55,175 nt of DNA from an uncultured Ruminococcus sp. (GTDB taxonomy: Bacteria; Bacillota; Clostridia; Oscillospirales; Ruminococcaceae), in contig CAJKFZ010000001.1 in NCBI GenBank assembly GCA_905199285.1, positions 1 through 55,175 on the forward strand, given 5' to 3'. Of this stretch, positions 40,926-51,203 are shown in pieces. The notes beneath the pieces were generated by a model, which saw only the letters and a list, made by a program, of their open reading frames with translations, had not been told where the DNA came from and made no database searches. The first letter of the stretch is position 1; each line of letters opens with the position of its first letter. A program made the position numbers and the translations under genes.

Positions 40926-41789
40926 TTGAGAACAGCTAAAAATTGGATAGATTATATTATACATGATACTTCAGACGGCGAAAAGCTTGAAACATGGGGC
41001 GATATCAGTCTTGTAAGACCAGATCCCCAGATAATCTGGAAAACAGACAAAACAAATTCGCTCTGGAACAGGGCGGACGGTCATTATCACCGCTCTAATG
41101 CCGGAGGTGGAAAATGGGAGTTCCGCAGACGAATCCCTGAATCGTGGACTATACGCTACAAAGAGCTTACGTTCAATATCCGTCCGACCGGATTCAAGCA
41201 TACAGGACTTTTCCCCGAACAGGCGGTGAACTGGGACTTCATGACCGAGAAAATTCAGAATGCAGGACGTGATATAAACGTGCTGAATCTTTTTGCGTAT
41301 ACGGGCGGAGCTACTCTTGCCTGCGCTGCTGCCGGAGCTTCCGTGTGTCATGTTGACGCCTCAAAGGGCATGGTTCAGTGGGCAAGGGAGAATGCCGCCG
41401 CTTCCGGACTTTCCGACAAGCCGGTTCGCTGGATAGTTGACGACTGTGAGAAATTTATTGCCCGTGAGATACGCCGCGGAAAGAAATACGATGCCGTTAT
41501 CATGGATCCTCCGAGCTACGGAAGAGGTCCGGGAGGAGAGGTCTGGAAGCTGGAAAACTGCGTTTACGACCTTGTGAAGCTCTGTTCGGGAGTTCTTTCC
41601 GATGATCCGCTGTTCTTCCTCATAAACAGCTATACGACCGGACTTTCACCGTCCGTTATGGGATATATCCTCGGTACTGTTTTAACCGATAAATTCGGCG
41701 GCGAAGTAAGCTTTGATGAAATCGGTCTGCCCGTAAAATCAACGGGAATGACTCTTCCATGCGGTTCAACGGCTATATGGCAGAAGTGA
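40926..41789 (+). CDS. Class I SAM-dependent methyltransferase (RlmI/RlmK-like)
   Basis: KHTGLFPEQ, VLNLFAYTGG, HVDAS, MDPPSYG. TTG start behind AAGGAG. Confidence 0.85.
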   Translation: MRTAKNWIDYIIHDTSDGEKLETWGDISLVRPDPQIIWKTDKTNSLWNRADGHYHRSNAGGGKWEFRRRIPESWTIRYKELTFNIRPTGFKHTGLFPEQAVNWDFMTEKIQNAGRDINVLNLFAYTGGATLACAAAGASVCHVDASKGMVQWARENAAASGLSDKPVRWIVDDCEKFIAREIRRGKKYDAVIMDPPSYGRGPGGEVWKLENCVYDLVKLCSGVLSDDPLFFLINSYTTGLSPSVMGYILGTVLTDKFGGEVSFDEIGLPVKSTGMTLPCGSTAIWQK

Positions 41790-41822
41790 AATTTTACTCG
41801 TTTTTCAGGAGAAATATGATAT

Positions 41823-42215
41823 ATGGAATGGATAGGTTTAGTCTGTCTCGGGTTGATTCTTTGCTATTCCGGCTATCCGGGCAGAGTGCAAACTCTGGAA
41901 TCGAAGGTGAAAAAACTTGAGAAGAAAAACGCTGCGATGAGCAGAACGAATTCTGATGCAAAAAACAGATCTGCGGAAGGAGCATTGAAGATGTCGCAAA
42001 TCATAAATGATCTTAAAGGAAAAAAATGTAATATGGTATTACGGGATAGTATAGACAGTTTGTTTGATAATAAGCTCGCTTGTACAGTTCTTGACACAGA
42101 TGAAGAATGGATAAAAATAAACTGCGTCAAGGAGGATAAGAAAAAAGGAGAGTCCTCCGAGACAATAAGAATAATCAGGATAGACGATATAGAAAGCATA
42201 GAGTACAGCGAATGA
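41823..42215 (+). CDS. Hypothetical protein with N-terminal hydrophobic segment
   Basis: 130 aa. Stop overlaps the ecfA1 start. Confidence 0.65.
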   Translation: MEWIGLVCLGLILCYSGYPGRVQTLESKVKKLEKKNAAMSRTNSDAKNRSAEGALKMSQIINDLKGKKCNMVLRDSIDSLFDNKLACTVLDTDEEWIKINCVKEDKKKGESSETIRIIRIDDIESIEYSE

Positions 42216-43066
42216 TGGAAAACATTATCGAAATCAAAGATCTGCATTTCAGCTACAGCTCCGGCGATGAAAATTCTGAACCGAAAGAGGTTCTGAAAGG
42301 TATCGACCTTAACATTAAAAAGGGAGAATTTGTGGCTGTTTTAGGACATAACGGCTCCGGAAAGTCAACTCTTGCCAAGCATCTCAATGCAATTCTTGTT
42401 CCGACTAGCGGAAAGGTAATTGTTGACGGAATCGATACATCAGACGAGAGCAGGCTCTTCGATCTGCGTCAGCGTGCCGGAATGGTTTTTCAGAATCCCG
42501 ATAACCAGATAGTTTCTTCGATAGTTGAAGAGGACGTTGCGTTTGCTCTGGAAAATCTCGGGGTTCCGTATGAAGAGATGAGAAAACGTGTTGATGACGC
42601 TCTGAAAGCGGTCAATATGTATGAATACAGACTTCATTCTCCGAGCCAGCTTTCAGGTGGTCAGAAGCAGCGTGTAGCCATTGCAGGTATAATCGCAATG
42701 CAGCCGGACTGTATAATTCTCGACGAACCGACGGCGATGCTCGATCCGCAGGGACGAAAAGAGGTTATGGCGACCATTCAGCGTATGAACCGTGAGCAGG
42801 GCATAACGATAGTCCTTATCACTCACTATATGGATGAGGCGGCGAAATGCGGAAGAGTTGCTGTTATGGACAAAGGAAGAATTATACTTGATGATAAACC
42901 GGAAAAGGTTTTCTCGCAGGTTGAAAAGCTGAAGGCGATCGGACTTGATGTTCCGCAGGTAACAGAGCTTGTCTGGGAGCTTCGCAGAGAGGGATTTGAT
43001 ATTTCTCCTGAAATAATTTCAGAGGATGAATGCGTGGAAGCGCTGTACAGGATTTTTCAGCAGTAA
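42212..43066 (+). CDS. ecfA1: ECF transporter ATPase A1
   Basis: [33 protein letters not shown]. Confidence 0.92.
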   Translation: MMENIIEIKDLHFSYSSGDENSEPKEVLKGIDLNIKKGEFVAVLGHNGSGKSTLAKHLNAILVPTSGKVIVDGIDTSDESRLFDLRQRAGMVFQNPDNQIVSSIVEEDVAFALENLGVPYEEMRKRVDDALKAVNMYEYRLHSPSQLSGGQKQRVAIAGIIAMQPDCIILDEPTAMLDPQGRKEVMATIQRMNREQGITIVLITHYMDEAAKCGRVAVMDKGRIILDDKPEKVFSQVEKLKAIGLDVPQVTELVWELRREGFDISPEIISEDECVEALYRIFQQ

Positions 43067-43080
43067 AAGGAGATAAAACA

Positions 43081-43947
43081 TTGGCAATTCTTGAAACACA
43101 GGAACTGACGTATACCTACAGCGTTGGAACACCTTTTGAAAAAACGGCGGTAGATCATGTGAATCTCGCAATTGAAGAGGGAGAAATGATCGGAGTTATG
43201 GGACATACGGGTTCCGGAAAATCTACGCTGATACAGCATTTCAACGGCCTTTTAAAGCCGACTTCGGGAAAGATACTTCTCGATGGAAAGGATATATGGG
43301 AAGATAAATCGAAAATTCGTGATGTCCGTTTTCAGGTCGGACTTGTTTTTCAGTATCCCGAATATCAGATTTTCGAGGAGACTGTTTATAAAGATATCGC
43401 TTTCGGTCCGAAAAATATGGGACTTGACGATGCCGAGATCAAACGGCGTGTTCTTGAAACTGCTCATGATATCGGTCTTTCCGAGGAGCTTATGGAACGT
43501 TCTCCGTTCGAGCTTTCGGGCGGACAGAAACGCCGTGTTGCCATTGCCGGAGTTATGGCTATGCAGCCAAAGGTGCTTATCCTTGATGAACCGACCGCAG
43601 GTCTTGATCCTGCCGGAAGAGATAAAATTCTCGAACACATAAAAGCCTATCACAGACGCACGAAAAATACCATTCTTATCGTTTCCCACAGCATGGAGGA
43701 TATCGCTTCGTTTGCTGATAAAATTCTTGTAATGAGCAATTCCAGACTTTTTTGCTATGACGAAACAGTCAAGGTTTTTGCGAGGTCTAAGGAGATATCA
43801 GAGATCGGACTTGACGTTCCCCAGATAACAAAGGTTTTTGAAAAGCTTAAAGATCGTGGATTGGATTTTGGTAAGGACGTTTATACGGTCGAATACGCTA
43901 AAAATCTTTTGCTGAAAAAGCTCAGAGGAGGAACGGCAAATTGCTGA
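43081..43947 (+). CDS. ecfA2: ECF transporter ATPase A2
   Basis: GTPFE, GHTGSGKST, FQYPEYQ, SPFELSGGQKRR. TTG start behind AAGGAG. Confidence 0.92.
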   Translation: MAILETQELTYTYSVGTPFEKTAVDHVNLAIEEGEMIGVMGHTGSGKSTLIQHFNGLLKPTSGKILLDGKDIWEDKSKIRDVRFQVGLVFQYPEYQIFEETVYKDIAFGPKNMGLDDAEIKRRVLETAHDIGLSEELMERSPFELSGGQKRRVAIAGVMAMQPKVLILDEPTAGLDPAGRDKILEHIKAYHRRTKNTILIVSHSMEDIASFADKILVMSNSRLFCYDETVKVFARSKEISEIGLDVPQITKVFEKLKDRGLDFGKDVYTVEYAKNLLLKKLRGGTANC

Positions 43948-44747
43948 GAGATATTACAATAGGACAGTATTTTCCGGGAAACAGCGTTATTCACAGGCTT
44001 GACCCAAGATTTAAGATAGTGATCACCGTGCTTTTCATTATAATGCTGTTTACGGGCGATTCCATTATCTGTCTTGCGGCAGGAGCGGTTTTTACGTTCA
44101 TGGCGATATTCTTTTCAAAGATCAGGCTTAAAATGTTCGTGAAAAGCGTGAAGCCGCTTGTTCCGTTTCTTCTGATAACGGCTGTTCTGAATCTTATTCT
44201 GGTCAATTCCGGAGAAATTTTATGGCGGTGGAAGTTCATAAAAATAACGGACGAGGGACTAAATATAAGCATATTCATGATAATCAGGATAATATTGCTC
44301 ATTATGGGAACGTCTCTGCTGACGTATACGACTTCTCCCATAACGCTTACGGATGCGATAGAAAGACTGCTCTCGCCGCTGAAAAAACTGAGATTTCCGG
44401 TTCACGAGCTTGCAATGATGATGTCGATAGCGCTGAGATTTATCCCGACCCTTATTGAAGAAACGGACAAAATTATTTCCGCACAGAAGGCAAGAGGCGC
44501 AGAGATAGACTCCGGAAGCTTTAAAAATCGTGCAAGGAATCTTATATCGATACTTGTTCCGCTTTTCGTTTCGGCTTTCAGAAGAGCGGACGAACTTGCA
44601 ACGGCAATGGAGTGCCGATGTTATAACGGAGGCGACGGCAGAACAAGACTTCGTCAGCTTAAATCAGCTCCGAGGGATTATGTTGCTCTGGCGGTAACGA
44701 TACTTTTCCTTGCCGCTTCAATAGCTATGGGAATTTTATTCAAATAA
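43941..44747 (+). CDS. ecfT: ECF transporter T component
   Basis: GQY..S.IHRLDPR, ALRFIPTL, AQKARG, AMECRCY. Confidence 0.93.
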   Translation: MLRDITIGQYFPGNSVIHRLDPRFKIVITVLFIIMLFTGDSIICLAAGAVFTFMAIFFSKIRLKMFVKSVKPLVPFLLITAVLNLILVNSGEILWRWKFIKITDEGLNISIFMIIRIILLIMGTSLLTYTTSPITLTDAIERLLSPLKKLRFPVHELAMMMSIALRFIPTLIEETDKIISAQKARGAEIDSGSFKNRARNLISILVPLFVSAFRRADELATAMECRCYNGGDGRTRLRQLKSAPRDYVALAVTILFLAASIAMGILFK

Positions 44748-44775
44748 GTAAAAGAGTGCGAAGCACGCTAATATT

Positions 44776-44882
44776 GGGTTTCCAAAGGGGATGTACTCCC
44801 CTTTGGCAGGGGGTGAATGAGGGGGACATAGTCCCCCTGATAAAGCAGTGAGCAGAACGAAGCGATTGTGAACGGATGGTTT
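44776..44882 (+). repeat. Palindromic repeat copy 7 with second module
   Basis: GGGTTTCCAAAGGGGATGTACTCCCCTTTGGCAGG, AGGGGGAC..GTCCCCCT, then GCGATTGTGAACGGATGGTT. Confidence 0.85.
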
Positions 44883-44930
44883 GTAGATTTTACCCTTGCG
44901 AAGCAACGCTAAAAATCAGAGAGGAATAAA

Positions 44931-47906
44931 ATGGAGAACGAAAGAGAAGAGGTCATTCTTGAAGAGGAACCTCGCAGAAGAAAGAAAACAAAGAAAATCT
45001 TTAACAAAACAAGAAAAAAATGGAATCAGTTCAAAAAAGGCAAATGCTACGATATAATGTATGAAAAGGGAGTCTTTTATTTCCTGCTGTCATTTTTGAT
45101 TCCGGCAGCAATAATGACTTTTGCTTTTGCAGATAACGGTATACATCCGTTCGGCGACAGACAAATGCTCGTTGTTGACCTCTGGCATCAGTATTTCCCT
45201 TTTTTTAGGGTAGTTCGGGAAAAACTTCTCACAGGTGGTTCGTTTCTTTATTCATGGCAGAACGGTCTGGGGACGAATTTCCTGTCGCTGATATCCTACT
45301 ATGCCGCCAGTCCGCTTAACTGGCTATCTATTTTTTTCGACGCAGACCATGTCCGTGACGCACTGACGTTTATACTTATTGCAAAGATAGGATTCTCCGG
45401 AGCTTTTTTCAGCAGTTTCCTCAGATATACTTATCAACGCAAGGATTTTTCAATATGCATATTCTCGGTCATGTATGCTCTTTGCAGCTATACTCTCGGT
45501 TATTACTGGAACGTAATGTGGTTTGATACTATAGCTCTTTTCCCGCTCGTTATGCTGGGAATAGTTGCGATATGCCGTGAGGGAAAGTGGAAAACGTTTA
45601 CATTTGCTCTCGCGCTTTCACTTGTATCGAATTATTATATCGCATTTTTTACCTGCATTTTCTCGGTATTCATGTTTGCGGCGTCCGGTATAATCGAGTT
45701 CAAAGGCGTAAAGGTATGGTTCCACAGATTCTGGATAATGCTGAGATCGTCGGTTCTTGCCATAGCTTTGGGAGCGTTTATGCTTCTTCCGGCTTATTTC
45801 GGATTGCAGCTGACCTACAGTGCAAATAATAAATTTCCGGAAGAGACATCCTATTACGAAAAATGGACGGATATTCTTGGAAATATGCTTTCTTACAATG
45901 CTCCGACCAAGGTTGACGGACTCCCGAATTTTGCCTGCGGAATGCTTGCAATAGTTCTTTTCGGAGTATTTTTGCTCTCGTTCGGCATAAAAATAAGAGA
46001 GAAGATATCGGCTCTTGTAATGCTGGCAGTGATCGTTGTAAGCTGCAACATGAACAAATTGAACTTTATATGGCACGGTTTTCATTTTACTAATCAGATC
46101 CCTTATCGATTTGCATTTATTTTCAGTTTCGTTCTCGCCGCAGCCGCATTCAGAGCTTATGATATTCTTCTTAAACGGGGAATAAAAGTATATCAGCTTA
46201 TTCTTATGCTTTTTGCCCCGACGGCAGTATTCTATCTGAATTATATGGCAAAGGGTAAGGATTTTATAAAAGAATCGGCTGTTAAAAGCTCGATGATAGT
46301 CACGGGAGCGTTTCTGCTTATTTTCCTTGCAGCAAAAGTTTTCCCGTTTAAAAAGAAGTATGTGAGAAATACTCTTATGAGTTTTGCTCTTGCAGCGGCA
46401 GTTTTTTCCGAATTTGTATGCAACGCAAGACTTGGAGTCGAAACTGTCGGAACAACGGCGTATGACAATTATCCGACGAATTACAAGGAAGCGCAGTCGC
46501 TTCTGAGCATGGCTGCCAATACCGATGATTCTCCGTTTTACAGGACAGAAATGACATCAACGTGGACTCTTAATGACAGCTCGGCTTACGGATATTATGG
46601 TCTTTCGCAGTTCTCATCGGCGGCAAACGTTTCTGTAACGACCTTCTGTAAACGGCTTGGACTTTACGCTTCTGAAGCCGGAAACAGATATTACTACAGA
46701 ACTTCAACTCCCGTTGTTAATTCGCTTATGGGAATAAAGTATCTTATTAAAAAGAACGGATATCTTAACAGCGAAGAAATGGCTATGGAATACGTCGGAG
46801 AAGCAGGTTCTTCACATTTATACAGAAATAAGTATCCGCTTTCTATCGGTTTTATGATGGATGAGAAGATACTCAATATGGAGGACAGCGCCGCTTTCAA
46901 TCCTTTTGAATACCAGAATGCGCTTTTAAAGCTTGCTGCCGGAATTGATGAATCTGTTTTCAACGCACATGAAGTTGCGTCCGCAGAATACAACAATATC
47001 AAGGTCTCGCAGAGTGGATTCGGCAGTTATTCTTTCTCCGTTGAAGACAGCAGCAATGAAGAAGCAAGCGTTAAATATACGTTTAACGGATTTGGCGGAT
47101 CGTACCTTTACGGCTATGCAAGCGCAAACGGTGGAGTATGCGATAATCTTGTGATAGAATGCGAGGGAAAAACTGTTGACAGCGGAGACCTTCTTAAAAG
47201 CTACCCGATAGTTTTCCCGATGGGCGATGCTCAGGCAGGAGAAACCTCAACGGTCAAATTCAACATAACAAAAGGAAAAAATTCCGGAAATTATAAGCTT
47301 ATGGTTTACACTTTAAGACAGGAAACCTTTGAAAAAGCGTACAATAATTTAGCCGATGAACAGCTTGAGATAACAAGCTTCGACGATACGGAAATAGAGG
47401 GAAAGATAAATGCTCTTCAAGACGGAGTTATGTTCCTTTCGATTCCGTATGAAAAGGGATGGAGCGTTTATATTGACGGTGAAAAGGCAGAAACAGTCAA
47501 GCTTATGCAGTCGATGCTGGGAGTAAAAGTTTCTGCCGGAGAACATGATATCAGGCTGAAATATGTTCCCGAGGGATTTATCGGGGGAGTTATTATATCC
47601 GGAACAAGTCTTGCTGTGATATTGCTCCTGATATGGTTTGAGAGCAGAAGAAAGAAAAAGAGAATTGCTGCTCTTGCCGAAAAAGAAAGCGCTGCTGATG
47701 TGTACGTTTCGGAAGAGGATTACACCAGCTTTATCGGTTTAGAAGATATATACGATCAGGCGGAGGAGAATAAAATTGCTCCGGAAGCCGATGCGGAGGT
47801 AATTTTCAGACCGGAGAAACAAGAGATAATTCCTGACATGGAAGATAATTGCTTGGAGGAAAATGATGAGGAATCTGAAAGTAATAACGGCATATCGGGG
47901 AACTAA
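44931..47906 (+). CDS. YfhO family membrane protein (GT-C glycosyltransferase-like)
   Basis: DLWHQY.PF, YSW..GLG.NF, YY.ASP, WHGF...PYRF, FSS, SIPYEKGW and many TM segments. Confidence 0.88.
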   Translation: MENEREEVILEEEPRRRKKTKKIFNKTRKKWNQFKKGKCYDIMYEKGVFYFLLSFLIPAAIMTFAFADNGIHPFGDRQMLVVDLWHQYFPFFRVVREKLLTGGSFLYSWQNGLGTNFLSLISYYAASPLNWLSIFFDADHVRDALTFILIAKIGFSGAFFSSFLRYTYQRKDFSICIFSVMYALCSYTLGYYWNVMWFDTIALFPLVMLGIVAICREGKWKTFTFALALSLVSNYYIAFFTCIFSVFMFAASGIIEFKGVKVWFHRFWIMLRSSVLAIALGAFMLLPAYFGLQLTYSANNKFPEETSYYEKWTDILGNMLSYNAPTKVDGLPNFACGMLAIVLFGVFLLSFGIKIREKISALVMLAVIVVSCNMNKLNFIWHGFHFTNQIPYRFAFIFSFVLAAAAFRAYDILLKRGIKVYQLILMLFAPTAVFYLNYMAKGKDFIKESAVKSSMIVTGAFLLIFLAAKVFPFKKKYVRNTLMSFALAAAVFSEFVCNARLGVETVGTTAYDNYPTNYKEAQSLLSMAANTDDSPFYRTEMTSTWTLNDSSAYGYYGLSQFSSAANVSVTTFCKRLGLYASEAGNRYYYRTSTPVVNSLMGIKYLIKKNGYLNSEEMAMEYVGEAGSSHLYRNKYPLSIGFMMDEKILNMEDSAAFNPFEYQNALLKLAAGIDESVFNAHEVASAEYNNIKVSQSGFGSYSFSVEDSSNEEASVKYTFNGFGGSYLYGYASANGGVCDNLVIECEGKTVDSGDLLKSYPIVFPMGDAQAGETSTVKFNITKGKNSGNYKLMVYTLRQETFEKAYNNLADEQLEITSFDDTEIEGKINALQDGVMFLSIPYEKGWSVYIDGEKAETVKLMQSMLGVKVSAGEHDIRLKYVPEGFIGGVIISGTSLAVILLLIWFESRRKKKRIAALAEKESAADVYVSEEDYTSFIGLEDIYDQAEENKIAPEADAEVIFRPEKQEIIPDMEDNCLEENDEESESNNGISGN

Positions 47907-48600
47907 TTACCACGGATTTCAGCGGCAGAGCAATGCGGTAACGGTACAGGAGGTTCTTGAAAAAAGTCTTTCAAAGGTTCTTAATGAACCGGTTACGATA
48001 GTCGGATGTTCAAGGACTGATACTGGAGTTCACGCAAACGAGTTCTGCTTTAACGTTAAAACGAATAGTCTTATATCCGAAAGAGGATTTATGAGAGGAG
48101 TAAACGGTGAGCTTCCGGATGATATTTCCATTTTAAGCTGTGAGGAGGCTCCGCTTGATTTTCATGCAAGATTTGACTGCAAAGGCAAGGAATACATTTA
48201 TAAGCTTCATTGCAGTGAATCCAAAAATCCGTTTGCGACTGATCTGATGTTTCATTACAGGCGGAAATTTGATACAGAAAAAGCAAGGATTGCCGCAGAA
48301 TATTTTGTCGGAGAACATGATTTCGCATCGTTTTGTGCTGATTGTACAAATGTTTCAACAACTGTAAGAACTATTTATTCTTTTGAAATAGAAAATTGTG
48401 GAGATTCGGTGACAATGCTTGTAAAAGGCAACGGTTTTTTGTATAATATGATTAGGATAATTGTCGGGACGCTTATTGACGTAAATGAGGGACGGATATC
48501 TGCCCATGAAATTCCGGAAATACTTGCGGCGAGGGATAGACTTCGTGCCGGAAGAACAGCAATGGCTCACGGACTTTATCTCAACAAAGTTTTTTATTAA
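47863..48600 (+). CDS. truA: tRNA pseudouridine(38-40) synthase
   Basis: Y.GT.YHGFQ.Q, SRTDTGVHA, FHARF, G.HDF.SF, GFLYNMIR. Start may be the second ATG at 47866. Confidence 0.96.
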   Translation: MMRNLKVITAYRGTNYHGFQRQSNAVTVQEVLEKSLSKVLNEPVTIVGCSRTDTGVHANEFCFNVKTNSLISERGFMRGVNGELPDDISILSCEEAPLDFHARFDCKGKEYIYKLHCSESKNPFATDLMFHYRRKFDTEKARIAAEYFVGEHDFASFCADCTNVSTTVRTIYSFEIENCGDSVTMLVKGNGFLYNMIRIIVGTLIDVNEGRISAHEIPEILAARDRLRAGRTAMAHGLYLNKVFY

Positions 48601-48627
48601 AAAAGAATGTGAAGCACGACCAATAAA

Positions 48628-49052
48628 GGGATTCCAAAGGGGTTAACACCCCTTTGGCAGGTCAAGGACAGCGTGGTGAAAAAGACAGAATATAAAGCTA
48701 TAATTTTATAAAAATTATAGTAGAATATATTCCACGATGCTCCGTAACCAGCGAACAGAGCGCAGCGATTGTGAACGGACGGTTTGTTAAAATTACCGGT
48801 TGCGCATTCAGAGCTTATGTTACCTTGTCAAACCGCCAGTTTCCGGCGTGTTCGCTCTGCGCTCACAAGATAAACAAAAACAAACCGTTCATTTTTCAGG
48901 ACAGCGTGAATAATGTTCTATTGTTAATGTTTGATATCTGAGAGTTTAACGCTCTGCCTTTTTCCTCACGCTGTCCCTCAGGGCTCTGCCCTGAAACCCG
49001 CAAGGACTCTGTCCTTGACCTGCCAAAGGGTGGAATCACCCTTTGGAATCCC
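48628..49052. repeat. Inverted doublet of the palindromic repeat (copies 8 and 9)
   Basis: Both ends read inward as GGGATTCCAAAGGG..CCCTTTGGCAGGTCAAGGACAG. Second module inside at 48749-48785. Confidence 0.85.
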
Positions 49053-49088
49053 GTTATAAGAGATTATTTTTTGAAAGGGGATACGCTC

Positions 49089-50264
49089 GTGCCTAATATG
49101 TACGATGCCGACGATATTGTCGATCTCAAAAACCGGAAAAAAAGAAAAAAACGTCTGATAAAATTTACCGTTTTTCTCCTTGTTGCCGGAATCATAGCCG
49201 CTCTTGCCTTTACCTTTGATATATGGTATCCTAAGCTTCGTGGAATAGGCAAACAGTATAAAACTATAGTCAATTCCGGTAAACTTGCGGATGGTAATTT
49301 CCCTATTGAAGTAAGCGGCGGAAATGACTATCAGCTCAGGTATACCGTTAAAAAAATTATCGTTCAGAATGATACATACCTTTATTTTTACGATACGGAC
49401 GGAACGCTTCTTAAAAGAAGACAGCATTCCTACAGTAATTCCGTTCTTCGTGTAGCAAATGGCAGAGCGCTTGTTTATGAAAACGGCGGCAATGAATTCT
49501 CGGTTGAAAATGAGGACGAGGTTTTATACAGCCGAAGCTTCGATAACAACATTTTGTTCGCAAGACTCAGTTCCGATGGAGTTACTGCGGTTATAACAAC
49601 TTCCGATAATTATAGCTGTGAGCTTATAGTCTACGATAAAAAGGGAAGCGTTATCTACGAGAGAAAATGTACCGAAAGAGTGAGCGATCTTAGTTTTATC
49701 AACGAAAGCGAAGGCTGCGTTTTAAGTTCTGTTTCGGCTGAAAACGGCGTTCTGGTCACAAATGTCAAGGAGATAAGCTTTAAAGAAAGCGGCGAAAAAT
49801 GGACTTCTCCGGGATTTAATACGCTTGGTTTGGAAATTTTCGGCTCTTCCGAGGGAACGTTTATTTATGGAACGGATGCCTGCGGATATGTCGATACAAG
49901 CGGACAGATCAGCTCGTTTTATCAATATGACGGAGAACTCGTTGCAGGCGCAAGCATGAGCGGAAAATCTGCCGTTATCGTCAATAACGATGACAGAAGA
50001 TACTATACAGCCGTTCTTTTCTCCGGAAGCGGAAAAGAACCCCTTGTAATAGAACTTGATTCGCCTGCTGTTGAAGTTTCCGTTTTTCAGGACCTTGCCT
50101 ATATAATGACTCAGAATGCGGTTATGGCTTATGATTTCAGCGGAAAGCTTCGTTCTACGGCTACCGTAAATGATTCATACACTGGATTTGTCAGAAGTGA
50201 CGATTATATTTTCCTTAAAGGATATAATAAAATAGATCGTATTGACTACGATACAGGTACTTAA
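49089..50264 (+). CDS. Membrane-anchored beta-rich protein (DUF5711-like)
   Basis: Basic N-terminus, one TM segment, repeated YD..G beta motifs. GTG start behind AAGGGG. Confidence 0.6.
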   Translation: MPNMYDADDIVDLKNRKKRKKRLIKFTVFLLVAGIIAALAFTFDIWYPKLRGIGKQYKTIVNSGKLADGNFPIEVSGGNDYQLRYTVKKIIVQNDTYLYFYDTDGTLLKRRQHSYSNSVLRVANGRALVYENGGNEFSVENEDEVLYSRSFDNNILFARLSSDGVTAVITTSDNYSCELIVYDKKGSVIYERKCTERVSDLSFINESEGCVLSSVSAENGVLVTNVKEISFKESGEKWTSPGFNTLGLEIFGSSEGTFIYGTDACGYVDTSGQISSFYQYDGELVAGASMSGKSAVIVNNDDRRYYTAVLFSGSGKEPLVIELDSPAVEVSVFQDLAYIMTQNAVMAYDFSGKLRSTATVNDSYTGFVRSDDYIFLKGYNKIDRIDYDTGT

Positions 50265-50283
50265 AAAGAAAGAAGGGATTATT

Positions 50284-51183
50284 TTGGGTGAAGAATTCTG
50301 GTGGTTTTACGATGTGATAGCCGCCGCCGCAGTTTTGATTTGTATTTATATTTCGGAAAGAAAGGGGATCTTCCGGTCGGCTCTTTCTCTTGGAGGATAT
50401 CTGCTTGCGTTCGCTCTGGCAATATCGGTAAGCGGAAGTTTATCAGATTCGATTTATAAAAGCACGGTAAGAGACAGCAATATCAGGAAGCTTGCAAAAT
50501 CTGCTGCGTCAGTGGATTTTGTTGAAAAAACAGCCGATCATATTGAATCTCTCGGTTATAACGTTATCGTTAAAGATGATAAGATCGCCGATATTTATGC
50601 TTCGGGTGAAAACTTTGATGAGAAGATATATAAATACGTCAACAGCATAAATGCCATAAAGGTTGACGAGGAAGAGGATTTTTACCGGAAGCTTCATGAG
50701 GGTTACGCTTTTATAATAAAAGGTATAGTTGAGGATAATTTAACCGGATACGCCGCAGAATCGGCAGAAAAAGAAATTATCAGCCATCCTGAAACAGTCG
50801 AAGAGCTTATTCCTCTTCTTATCGAACCGGATGATAACTCAAAGGCGGCTGCATACATAGCGGACACCTATACCGAAAAGTCATATAAAAGCATGATTCG
50901 CATTATAAGCTTTATTGCTTTGTTTGCCGCTGTTATAGCTATTGCTATTATCACAATCAAATCGCTTCTTCGCAATACGGAAGAGGAGATGAGCATTGCA
51001 GCTCATATTTTCGGTGGATTTGTTGGAATTGTAAAGGGTACGGCAATAGTTGCTTTAATAGCTTCTGTTGTAAGGCTGAATGTAATACTCGGAAACAGCG
51101 ATATGTTTTTCTTTAACGTTAAGGCAATTGATAAAACATATATATTCAAATATGTTTACGATTTTATAGCTTCAAAAATGTAA
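50284..51183 (+). CDS. CvpA-like membrane protein
   Basis: D.I......RKG start and GGFVGIVKG end. TTG start inferred from RBS. Confidence 0.6.
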   Translation: MGEEFWWFYDVIAAAAVLICIYISERKGIFRSALSLGGYLLAFALAISVSGSLSDSIYKSTVRDSNIRKLAKSAASVDFVEKTADHIESLGYNVIVKDDKIADIYASGENFDEKIYKYVNSINAIKVDEEEDFYRKLHEGYAFIIKGIVEDNLTGYAAESAEKEIISHPETVEELIPLLIEPDDNSKAAAYIADTYTEKSYKSMIRIISFIALFAAVIAIAIITIKSLLRNTEEEMSIAAHIFGGFVGIVKGTAIVALIASVVRLNVILGNSDMFFFNVKAIDKTYIFKYVYDFIASKM

Positions 51184-51203
51184 TTTATAGGAGGAATCTG
51201 TTT

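Noticed and set aside
48978..49427. Minus-strand ORF running into the repeat doublet as a possible transposase
   Set aside because: Antisense to the DUF5711-like gene, with no HUH, DDE or recombinase motif.
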